From: Actinomycetes bacterium
Lineage (GTDB): Bacteria; Actinomycetota; Acidimicrobiia; Acidimicrobiales; JABEUL01
Direction of reading: 5' to 3'
Assembly (NCBI GenBank): GCA_021791915.1
Contig: JAJYVQ010000003.1
Coordinates: forward strand, 1-42,450
Length of the DNA stretch: 42,450 nt
A program made the translations under genes and the position numbers. The notes under the pieces were generated by a model. It was not told the DNA's origin. It saw nothing but the letters and a program-made list of their open reading frames with translations, and did not search any database. Shown piece by piece: positions 36,548 to 42,450 of the stretch; within the stretch, counting starts at the first letter, position 1, and every line of letters begins with the position of its first letter.

Positions 36548-38712
36548 GTCGTCATTTAACACAGCTTGCAAAAATTCCAGTAACTGAACTTACAGGGGTT
36601 ACGGTTAATAAGTTAAAATCACTAAATGAGTTGGGGATAGCAACAGTACTTGACCTTGTGACCATGTATCCAAGAAAATATGTAGATAGGTCAAATCAGA
36701 AGGATTTAATTCATAGTATCGTTGGAGAAGAATTTCTAGTCGTAGGCGAAGTTCTAAAAGTTTCAGCACCTAGACGTTCCAAATCTAACAAAACAGTTGT
36801 TGACTTAATCGTTACAGATGGTACATCTAAGTTGTGGTGTACTTTTTTTAATCAACCGTGGCGGACAAAACAGCTTGAAAACGAGAAGTCACTTGCAATT
36901 TTTGGGAAAGTTTCGGCGTTTAAGGGGAAACTGACTATGGTAAACCCAATCGTCGATTTGATCGGAAATCAGACTGGAAAGATTATCGCACTGTATCCGA
37001 CTACGGAAAGATCTGACTTGACAAATGTAATGATTTCAGGCTTTATACACCAAGCCCTGCAACGATCGAAAGAATTTGCCGATCCGCTATCTGAAATTAA
37101 CTTAAGAAAGTATGATTTGATTTCTAGGACGGAAGCATTTAATAACATTCACTTTCCAGAGTCGACTGAAATGTTAAATAAGGCAAGAAAGCGCTTAGCA
37201 TTTGATGAACTGTTGAGGTTGCAGATGCCTCTACTGGCAAAGAAAATGCGACTTCAGAATTTGCAAAAAGGTTTCAAATCCGTCGCCGGAGGATTAGAAA
37301 TACTTAACGTTAAGGGTAGCAACTTAAGCCAATTGACGTCGCTGGTTGGAGATTTCCTGAGGATATTGCCTTTTGAATTAACGTCGTCCCAAAAGCGAGT
37401 AATAAAAGAAGTTTTGTTTGATATGGCGAAGCCATACCCGATGCACCGATTATTACAGGGAGATGTCGGGTCAGGTAAAACAGTGGTTGCATTGGCTTGT
37501 CTAATTGCGGCAATCGAAAATGGTCACCAAGGGGCTTTAATGGCACCGACTGAAGTACTGGCCGAACAGCATTACTTGAATATAGTAGATATGACACGTC
37601 ATTTAAAGCTTGACGATCTGACTAGCTTGTTTAATGAGTCAAATTTTCGAGTAGCACTTCTGAGTGGTAAATTAACACCGAAGCTCAAATCTGAACTATT
37701 AATTAGAATTGAGAAGGGTGAAATAAATCTCGTGGTAGGCACTCACGCATTAATTTCTCAAGCTGTGAGATTTAAATCTTTAGGAGCAATTGTTATAGAC
37801 GAACAGCACCGGTTCGGAGTTGAGCAGAGAAGCCAACTTTTGGCTAAAAGTAGCTATCCAGACACCCTTACTATGACAGCAACTCCAATTCCAAGAAGTG
37901 CTGCCATGACTGTATTTGGAGATTTAGACCAGAGTATTTTGGACGAAATGCCGCATGGTCGCCAAATAATAGATACATTTTGGGTTACCAAAAAAGGTGA
38001 ATCAAGAATTTGGAAGAAAGTGTTAGAAGAAATAGAACATGACAACAGGGTATTTATAGTGTGCCCATTAATCGAAGATTCAGAAAAAATATCCGCAGCA
38101 TCGGTAGCTGCAGTCGCAGAAGAACTGGCGTCTGGTCCGCTTAAAGGAATTAATACAGGTATATTACATGGTCAAATTCCACCTCTTGAGCGACAGAAAA
38201 TATTCGAAGAGTTTCGCTCTGGTAAGTTTAAAGTCTTAATCAGTACTACTGTTGTGGAAGTAGGAGTAGACGTTAGAGACGCAACTGTAATGGTCATACT
38301 GGATGCAGATAGATTTGGGATCGCCCAACTACATCAGCTTCGTGGTCGGGTTGGGCGTTCAGAAAAAAAGTCTTACTGTTTTTTGCTGACCAAAGGTTCG
38401 AATCTAAGCGATATTGCAAAAGGTCGTCTGAATGCTTTGGTTAAATCAAACAATGGGTTCGAGTTATCCGAAATTGATTTTGCACTGAGAGGATTTGGCA
38501 CTCTTATGGGAACGCGACAGAAAGGAAGAAGTGACTTAAAATTAGCAAAGCTTCCTTCGGACGAACAGCTACTTTTGTTGGTAAAAGAATTTTTGAACAA
38601 ACTTGCTGAAACTGATAGAACTTTAGAGCAAAGTGATTTAAGCAAGTTTTTAAGGGCGGAAGTTTTGGCATTTCACTCTGAAGAAGATACTGAGTTTTTA
38701 ATGAAAAGCTAA
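36544..38712 (+). CDS. recG: ATP-dependent DNA helicase RecG
   Basis: RLAFDEL, QGDVGSGKT, MAPTEVLAEQH, DEQHRFGVEQR, MTATPIPR, HQLRGRVGR. Confidence 0.97.
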   Translation: MSRHLTQLAKIPVTELTGVTVNKLKSLNELGIATVLDLVTMYPRKYVDRSNQKDLIHSIVGEEFLVVGEVLKVSAPRRSKSNKTVVDLIVTDGTSKLWCTFFNQPWRTKQLENEKSLAIFGKVSAFKGKLTMVNPIVDLIGNQTGKIIALYPTTERSDLTNVMISGFIHQALQRSKEFADPLSEINLRKYDLISRTEAFNNIHFPESTEMLNKARKRLAFDELLRLQMPLLAKKMRLQNLQKGFKSVAGGLEILNVKGSNLSQLTSLVGDFLRILPFELTSSQKRVIKEVLFDMAKPYPMHRLLQGDVGSGKTVVALACLIAAIENGHQGALMAPTEVLAEQHYLNIVDMTRHLKLDDLTSLFNESNFRVALLSGKLTPKLKSELLIRIEKGEINLVVGTHALISQAVRFKSLGAIVIDEQHRFGVEQRSQLLAKSSYPDTLTMTATPIPRSAAMTVFGDLDQSILDEMPHGRQIIDTFWVTKKGESRIWKKVLEEIEHDNRVFIVCPLIEDSEKISAASVAAVAEELASGPLKGINTGILHGQIPPLERQKIFEEFRSGKFKVLISTTVVEVGVDVRDATVMVILDADRFGIAQLHQLRGRVGRSEKKSYCFLLTKGSNLSDIAKGRLNALVKSNNGFELSEIDFALRGFGTLMGTRQKGRSDLKLAKLPSDEQLLLLVKEFLNKLAETDRTLEQSDLSKFLRAEVLAFHSEEDTEFLMKS

Positions 38713-38784
38713 TTGATTGGTAGGAAGCGTTAATATTTTAATTTTGTCTAGCTAGTTTAAATTCAGAAAATAGGATTAAGTAAA

Positions 38785-39330
38785 TTGAAAATTACCGGAG
38801 GATATCTAAAAGGACAAGTAATTTCCGTATCGGATAAAAATGTTAGGCCAACTTCGTCTCTAGTAAAACAAGCAATGTTTTCTATGATCAAATCTTATTT
38901 GCTTACAGAAAGAAAGTCGCTCAACAACTTAAACGTATTGGATTTGTTCGCTGGAAGCGGCGCTTTGGGGATTGAAGCCCTTTCCAGAGGTGCTAATTCT
39001 GTGGTGTTTGTAGATAATGCATACAGTAGCTTGTCTGTCATAAAAGACAATTTACGTAAACTTGGAATAGTCGAAAAAGCAAAAGTTATAAAATCAGATT
39101 CTGTCATCTATGTGAATAATACTGAATTACAGTTTGACATTGTGTTTTGTGATCCTCCATACGGTTATACCAAATTCGAAGAGATTTTAGGAACAAATAA
39201 ACTACATTTAGCAGTACTGGAATCGGGGTCTGATATACGCAAACAGATAAATGAAAAGAATTATCGGCTTATTCAATTTAAACGATACGGTGACTCATTC
39301 GTAACTATTGTTGAACATAAGTTTTCGTAA
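38785..39330 (+). CDS. rsmD: 16S rRNA m2G966 methyltransferase RsmD
   Basis: MKITGG, VRPTS, VLDLFAGSGALGIEALSRGA, FCDPPY, RYGDS; follows recG. Confidence 0.93.
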   Translation: MKITGGYLKGQVISVSDKNVRPTSSLVKQAMFSMIKSYLLTERKSLNNLNVLDLFAGSGALGIEALSRGANSVVFVDNAYSSLSVIKDNLRKLGIVEKAKVIKSDSVIYVNNTELQFDIVFCDPPYGYTKFEEILGTNKLHLAVLESGSDIRKQINEKNYRLIQFKRYGDSFVTIVEHKFS

Positions 39331-39729
39331 TGCCTTAAAGACGGCTTGAATAGTAGATATAGGAAATAGATGGATTAACGTATAGAAATAGTAAACAAGA
39401 AAACAATCACGTGGAAACTCAGCACGGGAAAATAGAAAAGTACGAAATAGATGGACAATAAAAGATAAGTTTAGAAATGTCAATATTATAGGCAGGTAGG
39501 ATTGCTGTTACAATTCTTAAATATTGAATTAAGTAACCCAAGAGAAAATCAAATGTATAAAATTTGGAGATTTAGTTAAACCAGATCTAAATACGGTCAA
39601 GAGAAAGTTAAGAACTGGTAGACCCTTATATATGAGAGCAGAACTATTTGTCGTTGAAGTTGAGTATTGAGATTAACAAGCTGACAAATTTGTATTAAAT
39701 ATACTCGACTCTTAGAATATTTAGTTAAA

Positions 39730-41341
39730 CCTAGATCCACCGAAAAATTACCAATTTAGCAATAATTTTATCGGCACGAATACACTAAAATGCCCTTCTG
39801 GCCTAGTAAAATTGGTGTATGAACAATACAAAAAAACTTAGCCAAAAGGACACCTTATTAGTGTCACCATCTTACCACAAGTCCTCCAAGTTTTCAGTTA
39901 TATTTGATGATAAAAAAAGTGCATCATATGCGGGGCTACATTTAGTAAATGATTTTGCCACAAAACTTCAACTAATTGATCTAGCAGATCAGATTATTGA
40001 TTTAGGTGATGCTCCAGGTAGACCTAATCCAGGTAGGAAAATAATGACTTTAATAGAGTCATTTATAGTAGGGGGAGACTGCATTGACGATGCCGATGTA
40101 TTACGATCTGGCTGTAGTGAAAAGCTGGTTGACCATAAAGTTATGGCTCCTTCTACCTTAGGTACTTTTCTTAGATCATTTAGTTACGGTAATGTAAGAC
40201 AATTAGATAAATTATTCTCTGAACTCTTAAAAAAAGCTTCTGGCTTTGGAATCTTACCAAAAGATGAAGATATTACAATAGATGTCGATTCAACGATATG
40301 TGAGCTATACGGTAAAAACAAAGAAGGGGCAAGTTACGGTTATACAAAAGTATTGGGACTCCATCCTTTAATAGCTACCCTCGGTAAGGCAGGAGATATT
40401 GTACATGTCAGAAACAGAAGAGGATCAGCCCACAGTGGGAGAGGATCGGCTTACTTTATAACTGAAACTATCAACAGATTAACAAATGTAGGATGTACTT
40501 CTAATATCACATTAAGGGCTGATTCTGGCTTTTATTCTAAACACGTAATTAAAGCCTGTAGAGATAAAGGCGTTAACTACTCCATTACAGCTAAGTTAAC
40601 AGGTTCTGTTAAAAGAGCAATTGAATTAATAGATGAAAGTAACTTTGTTGAAATTGACTATACCCTAAACGGTAAAGCTTATGTTGGAGAAACTACCTAC
40701 GGTGACAATCACAGACTAATAGTTAGAAGAACCAAGATTACAGGAGATCAAGCCGATCTATTTGACAATTGGCAATATCACGCATTTATTACTGATTTAA
40801 AAGGTGACAAAGTGAAATTAGACGCATATCACAGAGATCATGCAACAGTTGAATTAAATATTAAAGATTTAAAAGAAAATGTAGGGTTAAATCATATGCC
40901 ATCTGGTAAATTTGCAGCTAACAGTGCATGGCTTGTAATCGCTGCTATGGCATATAACTTCATGATTTGGATGAAAAGAATAACTGATGATAAACGAATT
41001 ACAGCTAAAAGTTTCAGAAAGATGTTTATATTATTTGCTGGAAGAATTACCAAAAAGGCTAGAACATATATTCTTCACTTACCCCATAAATGGCAATATC
41101 AAAAACAGTGGATTAAAACCTTAAATGCCATCCAACTGCTCACTATAAAAACATAGAAATATACTATCTTAAGGCAGCCCCCAATTTTCAACCGGCGCCT
41201 TCGACTCAAATAAACAAATCAAAACTTCTGATAGAACACGTACCAATTTCAACAGTTATATACCAAAACTGAATTTCCCAATACGACACAGTCATTTTTT
41301 GATAATTTTAGTATTACTAATGATTTTTCGGTGGATCTAGG
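39730..41341 (+). mobile_element. Complete IS1380-family insertion sequence (1612 bp)
   Basis: Terminal IR cctagatccaccgaaaaat at 39730 and its inverse ending at 41341; the CCTAGAT start resembles ISEcp1-type ends. Flanks are tttagttaaa / tttagttaca. Confidence 0.92.
39819..41156 (+). CDS. IS1380-family DDE transposase
   Basis: SYAGL, GGDCIDDADVLR, APSTLGTFLRSF, IDVDST, YGYTKVLGLHPL, LRADSGFY, HRDHATVELNIKDLK, FAANSAWL. Confidence 0.95.
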   Translation: MNNTKKLSQKDTLLVSPSYHKSSKFSVIFDDKKSASYAGLHLVNDFATKLQLIDLADQIIDLGDAPGRPNPGRKIMTLIESFIVGGDCIDDADVLRSGCSEKLVDHKVMAPSTLGTFLRSFSYGNVRQLDKLFSELLKKASGFGILPKDEDITIDVDSTICELYGKNKEGASYGYTKVLGLHPLIATLGKAGDIVHVRNRRGSAHSGRGSAYFITETINRLTNVGCTSNITLRADSGFYSKHVIKACRDKGVNYSITAKLTGSVKRAIELIDESNFVEIDYTLNGKAYVGETTYGDNHRLIVRRTKITGDQADLFDNWQYHAFITDLKGDKVKLDAYHRDHATVELNIKDLKENVGLNHMPSGKFAANSAWLVIAAMAYNFMIWMKRITDDKRITAKSFRKMFILFAGRITKKARTYILHLPHKWQYQKQWIKTLNAIQLLTIKT

Positions 41342-41791
41342 TTTAGTTACACCTGGGGGAATCAAGTCAGAAGAGCTACATTGAGAACTCCGTAATCCTT
41401 TCAAGTCTATCATAAATTGCCTAATTTCATTAATCTGTTTTTGAACTTGATCTATTACTACAGACTTAACTGTCTTTAGAGTCCTATTTACTGTACTTTG
41501 AACAGCATTGCCGACACATCCTATCCAAGTCAAAGGGTCTCCGTTACATTGGTGCTTCCCACTTGGATCCCAGCCATTGACAGGATTATCCCCTGAAACT
41601 ATAGGAACTGACGCATATTTGGTTGAACTAGTAGTAGTTTTTGGCCTTTGAGCAGGTAAAATATAACAGAAATTAGCAGTTAAAAGGGAGGGGTTACAAA
41701 AAAAGCGGGAATATGCGTTTTTTGAAGTTGAAGTTGAAGTCGTACCAGTTAATTCTGTTTGATTTTTAAGTGAAATTGAAAGTGTTTTCAC
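41342..41791 (-). pseudogene. Orphan RHS-type C-terminal tip (core-end motif plus variable domain), truncated by IS1380
   Basis: GDNPVNGWDPSG (41558-41593) matches the NP..xDPxG end of RHS repeat-associated cores; no YD repeats upstream; the last 30 aa of the listed ORF are IS sequence. Confidence 0.6.
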
Positions 41792-41903
41792 GACTGAAAT
41801 TTTAACATAGGACTTGGATTTATTTTAGAATCTCATTGGAATAGAATATTTTCTAAACATAATTTAAGTTTTAAAGTATAGCGGAAATGTTATTTACTTG
41901 GTT

Positions 41904-41939
41904 AAACGGTTCTTCCCATTAAAATGCGAAGGACCGTTT
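41904..41939. repeat. 36-bp near-perfect palindrome with a 24-bp inverted copy at 21369-21392
   Basis: aaacggttcttc-c-catt-aa-aatg-c-gaaggaccgttt; the reverse complement of 41915-41938 matches 21369-21392 at 23/24 nt. Confidence 0.85.
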
Positions 41940-42199
41940 ATTGGTACTTAAAAATATCGGAACCGTCACAATCTTATCCTTCTAAATAACAGTTGTGGAA
42001 GATATTCAAGTAATTATTTTTTTAGATAAATAACTTACCAAATTATTTGATGGTTTTGTAACTCTGTTTAAGGTTAGCCAAATATCCCAGTCCTGAGACA
42101 AAATCGGAATTTCTGTGATTAAAATCGACACAAATCCAAGAGCTTGAGACAACACAAAGCTATCATAATCTGCTTTGCCCTATTGGATAACTTTAAAGA

Positions 42200-42450
42200 C
42201 TATATTTGGCATTTGACTTCGGACAGGTTTGAGCAAACCATAAAATCGACGCTTCGATAACCGGAATAATTTGCAACCGAGTAAACTGATACTTGAGTAG
42301 CCGTCGCACCTCTCCGCATAGCATCTTGCTGTTCAGTTTCTTGCCATGCAAAAGTATCTGGAACTACACAACAAGATACATTTTCATATTTAGCACAAAT
42401 ATACTGACCACTCGGTTCACCTCCTATCGTGGAAATATATCCCGATAACC
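42200..42450 (-). CDS. 3' end of a Cys-containing hypothetical protein entering from beyond the window
   Basis: Open frame LSGYISTIGGEPSGQYICAKYENVSCCVV...VCSNLSEVKCQI* ending in TAG at 42200-42202; absent from the ORF track because the start is outside the window. Confidence 0.55.
   Translation of the reverse strand, partial: LSGYISTIGGEPSGQYICAKYENVSCCVVPDTFAWQETEQQDAMRRGATATQVSVYSVANYSGYRSVDFMVCSNLSEVKCQI

Noticed and set aside
1461-39483. Numerous short ORFs antisense to or overlapping well-supported genes (e.g. 1461-1667, 2599-2859, 7197-7580, 8420-8719, 26938-27321, 35569-35919, 39295-39483)
   Set aside because: Shadow frames of real genes or of non-coding DNA, with no motifs of their own.
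41249-41341. C-terminal 30 aa of the listed ORF 41249-41791
   Set aside because: Lies inside the IS1380 right end.
41901-41943. Palindrome as an integron attC site or Xer dif site
   Set aside because: Too short for attC, the end does not fit GTTRRRY, it does not resemble dif, and there is no integrase in the window.

Overview
AT-rich chromosomal window. The gene set and order (DUF3040, GTP-dependent PEPCK, Zn-type L28, thiL...rpmB-DAK2-recG-rsmD, sufB and sufD-Rieske-sufC, DoxX-Rieske fusion) point to an actinobacterium, most likely Acidimicrobiia-like (inference). Housekeeping and metabolic genes are separated by long AT-rich spacers carrying several unrelated 14-16 bp tandem arrays. Mobile DNA: an IS1634-like transposase fragment, a complete IS3-family element (116-1377), a complete IS1380-family element (39730-41341) interrupting an orphan RHS toxin tip, and the main finding, a 1313-bp TnpB-only element (22853-24165). 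That element is bounded by 18-bp terminal inverted repeats (TIRs) and a perfect 8-bp target-site duplication (TSD), the signature of DDE transposition rather than the HUH (IS200/IS605) or serine (IS607) chemistry normally linked to TnpB. It splits a DoxX-Rieske gene whose reading frame is restored exactly on excision. A second, diverged and internally deleted member of the same TIR-TnpB family lies at 1402-1551. The last ~75 nt of the full element can fold into a compact omegaRNA-like scaffold that uses the TIR itself as its 3' end. No CRISPR array, tRNA or rRNA was seen.
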